Positions 1-14,732 of a DNA stretch of 64,000 bases are shown piece after piece. The DNA lies in assembly GCF_009914755.1 (NCBI RefSeq), contig NC_060930.1; one strand, 5' to 3'. Both the position numbers and the translations under genes were made by a program. How positions within the stretch are numbered: the first letter of the stretch is position 1; every line of letters begins with the position of its first letter. A model generated the notes under the pieces. The model was not told the DNA's origin, did not search any database, and saw only the letters and a list, made by a program, of their open reading frames with translations. Source of the stretch: the human T2T-CHM13v2.0 reference genome, Homo sapiens.

Positions 1-240
1 GTGATCTTTCGGCTCACTGCAACCTCCGCCTCCCAGGTTCAAGTGATTCTCCTGCCTCAGCCTCCTGAGTAGCTGGGACTACAGGTGCCTGTCACCACAC
101 CTGGCTAATTTTTGTATTTTTGGTAGAGACGGGGTTTCACCATGTTGGCCAGACTTGTCTCGAACTCCTGACATCAGGCAATCTGCCTGCCTTGGCCTCC
201 CAAAGTGCTGGGATTACAGGCGTGAGCCACCATGCCTGGC
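1..240 (-). mobile_element. Alu (AluS-like), cut by the window edge
   Basis: Reverse-complement Alu motifs (ctcactgcaacctccgcctcc; caaagtgctgggattacaggcgtgagccacc). Confidence 0.95.
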
Positions 241-1089
241 TGTACATGTTATTCTTTGTTTTTTGTTTGTTTTTTTGTTTGTTTTTTGTTTTTCATTTTA
301 ACTCTTTAGTGTCTCTCAAAGAAAACATGATGTTTGTTTACTTTTGAGCTCTGTGACCAGAGTGGTACAATGGACTTTCCCTATTTGGCTCACTGATTTA
401 TCCCCAGTGATTGTTACATAGTGGAACCTCATCCTATCAATAGGTATCAATAGGCTATCTAGAGGCCAGGTATTAATAGGATATCAATAGATATCAATAG
501 AATATCTATTGATAGGATGAGGTTTCTTAATGCCTATGATTAATGGTAATGAGTAATGATTAAGGTTTCTTAATGTCCCTCTCTATTCATTTTGTGTTTT
601 CTATATACAAATAAAGATTAATAAGAACTTAAAAAAATCTATATCCTTATTCAAATATCTTTGGTTTCGATAGGTGCCTTAATGATTTCAAGAGCTAGAT
701 TAAGAAAGTTGAAGGGACAATGGCGTTTTAAAATTCACTTACCCAGCTGGTACCCAAAATTATTCCATATGGCAAATGATGGTGAGAATAATGGAATGGG
801 GTAAAGGTTAGGGCTAGGCCTTCAGCCACTTATTATCTTTTTGTTGCCATAAGAAATATATTACAGGGACGGCTGTCTGAATGATTTTAAGACTTTATAG
901 GCTCCATCAATGTTGTCTACTCAAGACTGCCAGTGCTGGGCACACTCACCATTGTGATTTTGGTGCTTTGTAGCACTGGGGAACTCTGGGGTCTGGCCAG
1001 AATCTTGATAGAAATAGCTGAAAATTTAAGAGAATGCATGTAGGAATGTGATATGTCTGTCCCACATCCTGAGAGTAAACATTATGATA

Positions 1090-1200
1090 TAGCAGTAAAA
1101 GCATTTTAGTCAGGCAGACTTGGACTTGAATCCCAGGCTTTGGGATTATTCTATGAGCGTTAGTGTTTTTTATGTGTAATATGCGGATATAATACCTGTC
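1090..1200 (+). mobile_element. MIR fragment
   Basis: Degenerate MIR core (agtcaggcagacttggacttgaatccc...gtaatatgcggatataatacct); boundaries approximate. Confidence 0.5.
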
Positions 1201-1214
1201 TTCAGTACCAACAT

Positions 1215-1800
1215 TAGGCCTGCTCTGGACCCTACATTTTAGAACACCCCACTATAGTCTTGCTCTGGATGTGCACCCGCTCTCAGAGTTAGGAGTTTAC
1301 AGAGCTAAGGGGACCTGCCCACCTAAAACCTGAGCTTCTAGACCAGTCTCTGAATAATCAAGATCCTGAAATTCCCTGAAAAAAAAAAACGATCCTTAAT
1401 CCCCCGCAGCATCTAACAGACCCTGTCGTTGGGTCCATCTTCCCAGGGAAAGACCACAGGTGTAAACACTCCTAGGCCCAAGGAATGGTCAAGAGTTAGC
1501 TGTTTGCAGGCATTATGGACACAACTTTGACTTACTGGCATATTTACATATGCGTGTGTGAGGCTTTTCAAGCTGCAGATGGACCCAAGAAAGAAAAAAA
1601 ATGAGGGATGAACTTTGGTTTAGGCCAGAGGCCAACTCATCCCATATCACCTGCTCTGTTACATTCTAACTTGACATGGACTTTCAAGACTTTATGAAGG
1701 TATTTGCTGAAGAAAAATGAGAAAGCATATTATTTTTTGTGAGTGTTATTAGCTTTATTTTAACTTTCAAATATTTAAACATATGGTATGCAGACCTCTT
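1215..1800 (-). mobile_element. Old hAT DNA-transposon relic, MER115/Zaphod-like
   Basis: Right end (ttatgaaggtatt...tttcaaatatttaaacatatggtatg) resembles the reverse complement of the recalled MER115 start; left boundary uncertain. Confidence 0.45.
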
Positions 1801-1811
1801 GCCCTGTACCC

Positions 1812-1922
1812 ACCCTCATAATAATTAACCCAATGCCTTAAAGACCCCACCTCTTAATACTGTGACATTGGAGATTAAGTTTCTAACACAGGAAATTTGG
1901 GCAACACATTCAAATCATAGCA
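1812..1922 (-). mobile_element. MaLR LTR fragment (MST/MLT1A type)
   Basis: aagaccccacctcttaatactgtgacattggagattaagtttctaaca...acattcaaatcatagca is the typical reverse-complemented MaLR terminus. Confidence 0.7.
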
Positions 1923-2594
1923 CCAATATTCTCCATAGCCTTCTTAATATGTACTGTGAGCCATCTTTGGACAAGTTTGAGAAAAAAATTTGAGGGCCTT
2001 AAGAAACCTCAGGATCCACATATATTAGCTTGAGGTTCTTCATTAGCCACTCCATTGAGAAAGCATTAAAGATCTATATTATAGCTTAACTTTTATCTGG
2101 GAGGAGCAACACATTAAAATCTGACAACATTGGCTTGGTTCATTTGTAAATCTATCTTGATAATCACCTAGCTGGGACCTGTGGGGACAGGAAGGAAATG
2201 TGGCAAGTTTTGATGAGCAAGGAGGTTGTGGACAAAGCCAATAATTGAGAAATCCAGGGAAGGTACCAGAGATGTGTTCAGAGCATCAAGAAGAAGCCTG
2301 AGAACCGCAGGTGTCAGGGAATGGTGAGAGGTTTCTGGTCAGGAAAAGGAGAGGTTCAGAAAGACACAAGGCAAACTTTGCCCTTGTCAGTTTTGTTGAG
2401 GTCAACCTACCGGTGCCTCCAGCAAGGTTTACAATCTGAACAATTTGTTTTTAAAACATATACAAGGATTTATTTTGAGAGCTTGATGAAAAGTTTTTCA
2501 AATGTTCCTAGCTGAATGGGCTACACTTCCATTTTATCAGGATCTGAATAATAGAACCCTCAAATAGCGAACACATTTTAGAAATGTGCAGAGA

Positions 2595-2961
<367 letters not shown>

Positions 2962-3066
2962 TTAAGAATTATTTTTAAATATTGAATTATCACTACAGAT
3001 TCCAAAATAAGTATATTTCACTGTATCTCAAGATTTGTAAATTGGCAGTCTCTTACTTTTTAAAAA

Positions 3067-4295
3067 TTCAACAAATATTTATTGAGTCTGATTTTCCAAG
3101 TACTGTGCAAGGCACCTAGGATACAGTGATGGACAAGACAGATATAGTCCCTGCTCTCATGGAACTTAGAATTGAGTGGGGAGCAATAAACATACGTATA
3201 CAGAAAAAATAATGTCTAAGCTAGAGACCAATGTGCTTCTTGGTCAGGTAAGGGCTTTTGCGCATAGTAATATTTAAATTGAAAACTGAAGGATGAACAC
3301 AGAATGTTCCAGGATGAGGAAATAACATACACAAAAACCTTGAGGTTGAAAACAGCCTGGCAATTTCATCACTGGAAAGAATGGTACCATATGAGGCTGG
3401 AGATGTGGTTAGGGGCCTGGTTATTTGGGACTTCTAGGCTGTAGAACAGCTTTTGGACTACATTCAAAGTACAATGGGAAGCCATTAAAAAGCTTGAAGC
3501 AAGGAAGTGACATGAACCAACTCTCATTTTAAGAAAAGTTCTCTACTGCTCTGTAGAGAATAACTGTGGTCAGAATTCAGTAATGAATGAATTCAGTAAT
3601 TAATTGGAAGCTGTTGAGGGGTCTAGACCAGGGTGATCTGAACTGGGATAGTGGCAGAGAAATAAGAGAAATAAGTGGATGTGAGATGTGTTTGGGGTAA
3701 CACTGACATGACTTGTTGATGGTTTGGAAGTAGGAGATGGGGATAAGGAAGACAGAAGAATCAGTGGGGTCCTTGGGTTTCTGGTTTGATCATTTTGATG
3801 GGTAGTAATTACTGAGACTGGGAAGAGCATGAGAAGAACAATTTGTGGTTGGAAATCAGGAATTTATCTGGATGTATTAAGTTATAGATATCTGTGTGAC
3901 ATCTAAGAGAGAATTTTGAATAGGCAGCTGGACACACAGTCTAAAGTTCAGTCAAGAGGACTGGATGGGAGATGTAAATTTTAGATTAACCATCTTACAG
4001 ATAATATTTAAAGCCAAGAGAATGGTGACGTCATCTAAGGAGACATTATAAAGAGAGGAAAGGAGGGCTCACAGATCCCAGTATTAAGAAATCAGATAGA
4101 AGAAAGGTCTGAGAATATTTAAAAGGAAATCTGAGAGAGTGTCAGATCAGGGAGGCCAATAAAAGAGAGTTTCAGGAAGGAAAGAATTGTCGGCTATTGG
4201 AGGTGCCACCAAGAATTGAAGAAGGGAAGAGAAACGGATTCTTCTTTCAAGTTCCTGCTGAACTTGGTGAGAGGCATTTCAGTAGAGTAGTAGAA
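3067..4295 (-). mobile_element. L2 (LINE-2) 3' region
   Basis: Begins attcaacaaatatttattgag, then gtccctgctctcatggaactta and the purine-rich antisense L2 body. Confidence 0.75.
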
Positions 4296-5861
4296 TGGCA
4301 ATTCTTCGATAACTAGAACATTTAGTCAACTAGCCATAAATCTTATTCTGCAAATACTTTGGATAAATGAGATAGAAGCTAAGTGGCTCAAGGAAGTAAT
4401 TAGGAGATGTCAAGGTCGAATTCATATGCTTATAGCTTTGTAGCCCTCTGGTTCTTTGTTGTTTTAACAGGGACCAAAGCTTCGGTGAACATAAATTTCT
4501 AGGCTGCTTTGACACTTCTCCATTGTCCAAATATCAATATCAACCTCAAGCTTAAGAGACAGATACAACTAAATTTTTCCAATTATTGTTTATTAATATG
4601 TACAGCAAACAATTATAATATCAGGTACCTTTTGAATATTGACTAAGTTAAGGCCCTATATAATACACATGCATTAAATAATTTATTCCTAGTATTATTT
4701 CCAATTTGAAGATGAATAAATTAGGGCTTAGAGAAGGTACATAGCTTTTCCACAAGTAGCAGAGTCCAGACATGAAGCCATGATTGTCACCACTGTGCCA
4801 AACTACTAATTTGTCAACCAATAGAAATCACTTTTGGTTAAAAATATAACCATGGATTTCTCTAAAAATAAGATCAATATTTATGAGTTCCTTCCTTTGA
4901 AATAAAATTAATTTCTTTAACAGTTACCAACTGACTTGAAATAATAGCTAGGATAATTTTGCAAAGTCATATGAGGATTAGGACTATATCTAGATGAGAG
5001 AATTCAAAAGAAATAAGGCTTAAAACCAGCTGTTTGATATTTAGAACGACACATACAGTTTTAATATTGCAATTGCCACTTCTAGCTATTCACCCAGAAA
5101 GATCTGAAATCTTGAATTAATTTTAAAATGCTGATCTTAGGGTATTTGGCACACACAGAATACCAAAGAAGATGGTGGCTTTAGTTTTTTTCCAGAGTGT
5201 CTACTGATAGAATTTAGACACTGGTATAATGAATTCTTTTATATTTGACTCTTGATTAAACTTTGAATGATGGCACCCAAGTGATATTACATTTATTTGC
5301 ATATTTAGACCTCTTAGAATAGCTATTTTAATAATACTGCAATTACCAAATACACTGAGGGAGCCATTATATTTTCACTTGCAATTTATTTCCACATTAG
5401 TTGCTTCACTAAAAAAATTAATTTAAATGATGTTTAAGTTTTCCATTACAGGGGTCCTATTTACTAAATCTTTTATTTCAGTACCAAAGGAGTAGAAGTG
5501 TACATTCAGAAAGACAATTATTGGAGGTAATACATTAATATTAAATATGATGTCAATGGCAGGCTCAGGTGAGGTAGGCGTTGCACGTATTCATTTTTTC
5601 TTTATAAACATAAGGCAAGATTACTTTTCACATGTGTAGTAATCACTTCAGTAACAGTGATTATTCAATCCAATAACAACATAGTTAAGTTTATAGAAAA
5701 CATGACATCAATTAAGCCAAAATATGTAAAACTAATATTCAGAAGGAAAAACAGACTTGTGAATAATATAATTATATTTTAATAATATGAATCATTGTAT
5801 ATTATACAATGCAAAAAGCATAGGCAACTTAAACAACTGGATTAAAAAAATGGGCAAAGGA

Positions 5862-6153
<292 letters not shown>

Positions 6154-6309
6154 AAGGGCAAAGGGCAAAGGAGTTGAATAGACATGTCTCCAAAGAAGAT
6201 ACACAAATGATTGGTAAGCACCTGAAAAGATGTTCAACATCACTAATACTTAGGGAGATGCAAATCAAATGCACAGTGAGATACCATCTGACACCCATTA
6301 GGATAGTAA

Positions 6310-6637
<328 letters not shown>

Positions 6638-7660
6638 TATATATATATTTTTTAAAAGACAAAATAGCAAGCATTATCTAGGATATGGAGAAATTGGAGC
6701 CCTTGTGCATTGTTAGTAAGAATGAAAATCGTGCAGCTGTTATAGAAAACAGTAGTCTGGTTTCTCAGAAAATTAAAAATAGAATTATTGTATTGTATTG
6801 TATTGTTAGCAATTTTACTTCTGATTCTATATACCCAAAAGAATTGAAAGCAGGGACTCAAACAGATATTTGTATATCCATGTTCATAGTAGTAGTATTC
6901 ACAATAGCCAAAAGATGGGAGCAACCCAAATGTCCATTGATGGATGAACAGACAAAATGTGGTATATACATACAATGAAATATTATTCAGCTTTAAAAGA
7001 GGAGGAAGTTCTGAAACAATGTACAAAATGATGAACCTTTAGGACATATGTTAAGTGAAATAAAGTCATACAGATACAAATACTGAATGATTCCACTTAT
7101 ATGAAGTACCTAGATTAGTCAAAATCATAGAGAAAGAAAGTAGAATGAAGGCTGCTTGGAGTTGGGGGAGTGGAAAATGGGAAATTATTTTTTAATGAGC
7201 ACAGAGTTTCAGTTTTGCAAAATGAAAAAAGTTCTGCAGATGGCGGGGATGGTTGCACAGCAATATAAATTTATTTAATACCACTGAACTTTGTATTTAA
7301 AAATGGTTATGAACATAAATTTTATATTGTGTGTATTTGACCACAATGTTTAAAAATAAAAAAGTGTCAGTTTAAGTGTAGTTGCTTAAAAAAATTTAAA
7401 AGCAGAGAAAATTTAACTGATAAGAAGCTGTATCAACATCAATAACTAACTAGAAACTAATCTGAAAATCTTTTCAGAGCCCTTATCATACAGATTAAGG
7501 TATATATTGAGATACACCATTGCATATATAATCATATTTCCTGTTATATGATGATATATGATGTAACGTTGATTGGTTTTGCTTTGGTAACATTTTCTGG
7601 AGATGTTGAAAGGAGCTGCATACAATAAACTTTATTCAAATTTTTTTTTTTCTGTTGCAG

Positions 7661-7692
7661 ATCCGTGGCCGTTCACATGGTTTCAAGGCACA
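7661..7692 (+). other. COL19A1: 5'-UTR portion of the first coding exon of COL19A1, containing an upstream ATG at 7677
   Basis: 32 nt between the acceptor AG (7659-7660) and the main ATG (7693). Confidence 0.85.
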
Positions 7693-7783
7693 ATGAGACT
7701 CACTGGCCCTTGGAAACTTTGGCTTTGGATGTCAATATTTCTGCTTCCTGCTTCCACTTCCGTGACCGTTAGGGACAAGACAG
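7693..7783 (+). CDS. COL19A1: COL19A1 first coding exon (exon spans 7661-7783; ATG at 7693), signal peptide MRLTGPWKLWLWMSIFLLPASTSVTVRDKT
   Basis: Poly-T tract plus TTGCAG acceptor ending at 7660; acaATGa start; hydrophobic signal peptide matching the recalled collagen XIX N-terminus; CAG|GTATCC donor (phase 1) joins in frame to 27073. Confidence 0.95.
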
Positions 7784-9175
7784 GTATCCAGGCCAACTCT
7801 TTGCCTAATCACCAAATGTTATTTATAGCCTTTAAGTCATTAAAACAAATCTTGTTAAGATTGAAAAGGCCATAGATTAATGTACTATAACAGAATAAAT
7901 TACAATTCATTGCTTTCTTCCATTGATCTTCCCATGATGCACATTAGGAATTCCTGAAATTACCTCATTTTTTTCATACGCATAGTATATTAGTCTATGT
8001 TTCCTTTCATCTTCAATATTTACAAGTATACATACATGCATGTGTGCCTCTGTGTGTATATATGACATTATGTATCTTTCCCTTTCCTCTTCAATAATTA
8101 TTCAAGTTATAAGTATGGAAACTCATTACTAATTAGGATTAACAAGGACATATCTAATCTTAATTAGGAAAAAGTGAAAAATCGGATAGGAGGTATAAAA
8201 GGAAATGTAGTTTAATTATATGTTCATTTTGTAGTATCTCAGATGAGGCAAACAAAAGGTTGACAGATCTTTAGAGCACCTTTTGAACTAAATAGACAAT
8301 ATTTGCAATTATTAAATGTATCAGTCTTTTCATAAATATTTCCAAAAGGCTTAAGGGCAATTTGAAATATTTACCTTCATCTCTGCTTTTTTAAATTGAT
8401 TATGTGGTTAATTTGGAAGACTTTTCTTGAACATTGAGTGTGTATAAGTTACTTAGCTAAATGCAATTCATATTACAAGGTTGAATTAGGCACATTGGAG
8501 AAGCCATTTGCTAGGGAAAGAGAAACTTCATCTCTCCTATGCAAACGATCACATATAATGTATTCTGATGATAATCACATATGATTATGTACTCTGAGAC
8601 TGTATTATTGTGCCTATTGTTTTGAATATTTTTTCAATAATTTTTGCTAAACAAGTATAAACCCACTCTAGAGAGACTTTTGAGTTTGAGGCACACATAA
8701 AATATAATTACTCATAAAGATCTAACACATCGTAGTCTTTCAGAGTGTTATGTAAGTCTTTATGATTTTTTATTATTTGGCAGAAGGTGCATTTCCTAAA
8801 ATAATTCACATGAAAGTTTGAATATTCTGTTATTGTACAAAAGACATCCTGTGGCTGTCATACAATTTGGGGGGGAAACTCTTTCTTCAGTGAGAAATTA
8901 ATCAGCTGTGACTCATGGCAACTACAACTATGTAAAAAAGGAAAAGAGATGTTAGAGCAGCGGAGTTTATTCTGATACGATTTCTACTCTTCTGAATTTG
9001 TCTTTTTTGTAAAGAAATATAGTAGGTAATGTGCTTTGCAATTTAATCTGATATGACAGGACTTTTTTAGTTAGAAGGAAGAATGAATCTTTGGTTGAAT
9101 AGGGACAGTTTTTAGGCACATGCTAGTGGGTAGTAAATGTTCTTGATGATAGCAAGGATTTGAAGGACCTAAATA

Positions 9176-9357
9176 AATGGTTCTCCAATTTTAACATGAA
9201 AAAGAATCACCTGACGTATTTGATTCCTGAGACCTCCTATCGCATATTCCCATTTTGCAGGTCGTACTGGGGTGGGATTTGGTAATTTACATCTTTAACA
9301 AGCTCCACAGATGAATCTAATGCAGGATTATCTGAGGAAAACTCTTAGAGAAACACT
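9176..9357. mobile_element. MER5A-like hAT MITE
   Basis: tggttctccaa...agaatcacctg...tttaacaagctcc...gagaaacact; terminal inverted similarity. Confidence 0.65.
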
Positions 9358-9454
9358 TACCTTTGGGATAATTAACAGACATTTTGGTTTTCTTTTTTCT
9401 TTTCACCTGGTTACCTTGCATTTTATGCACCATTTTATGCCAAGGTTACCTTTT

Positions 9455-9630
9455 TTTGTTATTTTATTTTATTGTTTGCTTTTAGTAACTTTTTAAAATT
9501 GTGATAAGAACACTTAACATGAAGTCTGCCCTCTTAACAAATTTTTAAGTGTATAACACAGTACTGTTAATTATAAACACGGTACTATACAGCAGATGTC
9601 TAGAACGTAATCATCTTGCATAACTAACAC
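9455..9630 (-). mobile_element. L1MA-type 3' end fragment
   Basis: T-rich tail followed by aagaacacttaacatgaagtctgccctcttaacaaatttttaagtgtataacacagtactgttaa. Confidence 0.7.
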
Positions 9631-12176
9631 TTCCCCATCTTGGGATTCCCCTGAATGTTTGCTTTTGTAGCTCTAGTATCTCAACTCTTTAATCAGGTTA
9701 CATGATGTATAGGACTACCAAAATGCATATATTCTGATCCAATTTACTTCGCTGAATTAATCTTTTGAAAGATTTTCCCAACAATGTGAATTCAAAATTA
9801 ATCTGAACCCTAACAAGATTCACTTAACATGAAGCATTAAGGGAAATTAATAAAAGAAAAAATTACGTTTGTTTTTATCATGCTATTTGGTAGAGGGTGT
9901 TCGTAAAGCAACACGTACTGAATGTGTGATGGAAATTGCTTAACTTCAAGTATCATTTGCATTAATTGAAAATGTCAGCACAGCACTATCAAAGGGATTG
10001 TTGAAGAAGATGACAAGCTGGGCATGGCCTGGAAGGAGACCCTTCTTGTGTCTTGTGTATCTGGTTCACAGCGCAAGGTTCCCTTTTTAGTTTCCTCATG
10101 TGCAGACCTGCGCGTGTGGTCACTAACCATTTACCGGAGGGAAGTGATTACATCTAAAAATAAAATATAACAAATCTGAGAGAGAGTCTAGGGTTTCAGG
10201 GCTGGAGTCTGTGAAGTTGTCAACAGTTTACTATTAAACCTAAATATATGACAGATAGATTGGACCTTTTAATTGCTGTACCTTAACTCTATGGTATGTT
10301 AAATAGTTACCTGGAATTGTCACAGTTGGGACAGAATTTAAGAGTAATATGGAGAGATTCAATAATAACTTGAATTTTAAAATTTTGAAGGTATTAGGAA
10401 TTCAGTCATTTCATATTCTTTCGTCAATTTGCCTATTGAGATCATGGGATAAGATATATTTGTTTATTTTCCCACTGCAAATGAACTTCCATTTGAATGT
10501 GGCAGTTTCAGCTCAGTTACTTGTCAAAAGAAGGTGGGGAAGAGAATTGTGTTAAAATATATACAATGCTAGAAAATCTCAAAACTTGCTTTAATTAGTT
10601 GCTTAAAACTCTTTCCTCTAATATAGACTATGTATCAAATAATTAAAGTTTCATCTACTTTCTTTAATCTGTTCTAAGGCAAAAGTACTATATCATCATA
10701 AAAAGCAATAAGAAACAGAAAACCAGAGTTTAAAAAAACAGGCTAAATAAATAGAAATGACAGAATGCTTTTTAAATAACACATTTTCCTTTCATTATGA
10801 TAAATCTTCAGTTTAAGTGTCCAGATTGACTTGATTATAAATTTAAATTTAGGCCTGTAACTATTCATATAAGCCCTTCTAAGGTAGTTTTCTATTAATT
10901 ACAAGGAATTACAAGGAAAAAAACCTATTATTCCAAAATGTGGCTTTTACTAGTTGGCAAACACTTCACGCTTAAACTCAGAGTAAAATGTATGCTGTTA
11001 TATAGAGAATTTTATTTTGTGTTTTTAAGAAATTCTTGTGTTCAACATTGGTACCATGTAAAAATCCTTCATTGACAAATGTACTTTGTAACTCCTAAAT
11101 TTTGAAAGTGGAGGAAAGCTTCACAATGATTAGATAAATAATGTAGCTTCTAACTAGGTATTTTCCTTTGGAAGAATTGGACATTTAAGCAGAGGCATGA
11201 AGGCAGTGTGAGGGCAAGGCACGTGAACACCTGGAAAGCAGTCACTTGGTCCCCAGGCTCTGAGGCGGCGGCATGCTTGGCATGTGGAAGAAATAGCAAG
11301 AAAAACTGGGGGACTGGAGCCAAGTGAATGAGGGGGAGGAGGTGTGAGGGTACATGCTCCTGAGAAATGCATCTGTGCTTTCTGTGTTGTCAAAATCTGA
11401 TTTCTAAGCCTGCAAGGTCAAAGGCTAGACCTTGGACACTGGTAAATTCACCAAAGCAATAAATCCTGTCCTATGAGACCTCTTGGAAGATGGTCAACCT
11501 TTGCCATGTAGGACCCTTCCCGGATATCAGGTGGACAGGCAGGCTTCTGAATGTATGCCCCTCATTACCTCTTGGTAGCCTTATGTCACAGTTAATTGAA
11601 TATTGTCATATTGTATTATTCATAATACATTGTTATTAAAGTACAGATGTGTGGAGATATGTGCATTTTAGCAAAGTTAAAATATAAGTTATATCTTGAC
11701 CAGACAAATTATGTTTTCTTTCCCTGCAATCAGCAAACTGGTGTATAAGTAATACAAGAACCCTCACTAAACTGCAAAGAGTATAACAGAACTCGTTTAC
11801 ATTTATTTTGCACGATGACTGTAACTTTGATTTTCCCATTTGTTTTTGTATTACCCAAGGAATGACCTCATCCCCTGGCTTTTCCTAAGGCCAGAAGCCT
11901 CTGTGTCCAGAGAGCAACTAGTCCATTTTCAGTCTGAGTATTAGCAGTATACACAGATCTTTCAGGTATTAAATCAGTTGAAAAAACAAAACATTAAAAT
12001 AACGGATTTTAGCTGATCTGAGCTTCTTAGCCATTCGAGAGGAGAAAAAAGGAATTCAACATACTTTCAGGGAATAATAATAAAAAAAAGTGTAAAAGAG
12101 GGATTTCAACATACCTATGATTAATACTGTATTAAACTGAAGATTTATATGAATGGGTATAGAAAGTATCAGACCT

Positions 12177-12479
12177 GGCCGGGCTCGGTGGCTCACACCT
12201 GTAATCCCAGCACTTTGGGAGGCCGAGGCAGGCGGATTGCCTGAGGTCAGGAGTTCAAGACCAGCCTGGCCAGCATGGTGAAATCCTGTGTCTACTAAAA
12301 ATATAAAAATTAGCTGTGCGTGGTGGCAGGCGCCTATAATCCCAGCTACTTGGGAGGCTGAGGCAGGAGAATCACTTGAACCCAGGAGGCAGAGGTTGCA
12401 GTGAGCCAAGACAAGATCACGCCATTGCACTCCAGCCTGGGCGACAGAGCAAGACTTTGTCTCAAAAAAAAAAAAAAAA
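12177..12479 (+). mobile_element. Full-length AluS
   Basis: Dimer plus poly(A); TSD AAAGTATCAGACC. Confidence 0.96.
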
Positions 12480-12932
12480 GTATCAGACCAATGAGAGGAA
12501 AAATGTTTAACAAAAGATGTGATGTTATCTTAAGATTAGAATGCCTAGCAATACAATAGGAGGTCAAACCAGTAGGATAAAACAGAGATTAAGGGGAAAA
12601 GTGATTTTCTGTGTGTGTGTGTTTAAGCACATGTTTAAAACTGAGAGTGGGAGCATAATGCACTTCTACTAAAGAATGAAGATAATTTCTTAGGTATGCT
12701 ATTATTTTGTTTAAAATATGTATTTAAGAAGCAATGTTCAATACAGAGGGGGAAAAGTTGGTTATAGGACACTTGTGTTTTCTTTCCACTCTACCATTGA
12801 GTGGCTGGCTTTGTGATCTTAACTCCTCTTGGATGACTATGTTCTTAGGTTCTCAGGATTCTAATTTTTGGAAGGAGAAGGGGTAAACATCTTTTTTAAA
12901 GTATGTATTTTCTTTGTAGGTAATCTAGATAA

Positions 12933-13390
<458 letters not shown>

Positions 13391-13462
13391 TGAATTTGTT
13401 AAAAACATTTGCCTTTGCTTTTGAAAAAGATCTGTTAAGGTTCTCTAAGCAGTGCATCTTTT

Positions 13463-14732
13463 AAAAAAATTATAAATATTTAAAAAATAAATTTTATTGT
13501 GTATATTTGAGGTCTATAGCATATTATGGGATGGATATAATTAAATGACTACTGTAGTGAACAGAATAACACACCTATCACCTCACGTAGTTACTTATTT
13601 TTGTCATGAGTGGCTAAATCTTATTTAATGAAAATCTCAAATGCAATACAATTTTATTGTATTTTGTTAGTCCTTATGTTGCACATTCCATCTCTAGATA
13701 CATTTATCCTACATATCTGCTATTTTGTACCCTTTGAAGTGCATTTCTCCATTTCCTCCCTACCTCACACCAGTGATAAATATTCTTTTATTCTCTATCT
13801 CTGTGTATTTAAGCTCTTTTAAAAAATATTCCACATGTGAGATCACACAATATTTTTTTTTCCTGTGTCTGGCTTATTTTACTTAGCATACTGTCCTTAA
13901 GGTCTATCTATGCTGTGGAAAATGGAAGGATTTTCTTTTTTTAAGGCTGAATAATATTCCATTGGATAAAATGTCTAAATGTAATCACAAAAACCGTAAA
14001 ACTCCCAGAAGCGATCATGGGGGAATAGTTCCCCAACATTGACCTTGGCAATCATTTTTGGATATCACATGAAAAATCTCAGGCTACAAAAGTGGAAGTA
14101 AATAAATGGGACTAAGTCAAACTAAAACACTTATACACAGTGAAGGAAGCAATCAACAAAATGAAAAGACAACCTATGGGCTGGGAAAAAATAATTGCAA
14201 ACTACTTATCTCATGGTTAATATACAAAATTTATAACGTATTTTTAAAACTCAATATCAGTAAAACAAATAATCTGATTTAAAAATGGACAAAGGATCAA
14301 AATGCATATTTCTACAAAAAAGAGATAAAAATGTCCAACAGGTATATGAAAAAGTGATCAACATTACTAATCATAAAGGAAATGCAAATTAAACCACCAT
14401 GAGACATTACCTTGTACCTATAAGGATAGCTATTATCAAAAGACAAGAGATAACACAAACGTGGCAAGGATATGGAGAAAAGAGAACTCTAGCACACTGT
14501 TGGTGGGAATGTGGATTGGTATAGCCATTATGGAAAACAGTATGGCGGTTCTGAAGAAATTAAAAATAGAACCACCATATGATCCAGCAACCCCTCTTTT
14601 GGGTCTACATCCAAAAAAGATGAAATCCCTACCTTGTGAAGATATATCTGCACCCCCATATTCATTGCAACGTTATTCACAATAGCTAAGACATGGAAAC
14701 AACCTAAATGCTCATGGATGGATGAATGGAAA
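13463..14732 (-). mobile_element. 5'-truncated, 5'-inverted L1MA insertion (3' end on the minus strand at about 13463-13965; ORF2 segment inverted on plus at about 13966-14732)
   Basis: Two L1 pieces of opposite polarity that are adjacent in L1 coordinates; TSD-like AAGCAGTGCATCTTTT (13447-13462) and AAGCAGTGCGTTTTTT (14733-14748). Confidence 0.85.

Noticed and set aside
7784-7791. Donor GTATCCAG resembling the U12-type GTATCCTT
   Set aside because: Positions +7/+8 do not match, CAG|GTA is an adequate U2 donor, and the 3' end has a long pyrimidine tract with no convincing TCCTTAAC branch site.
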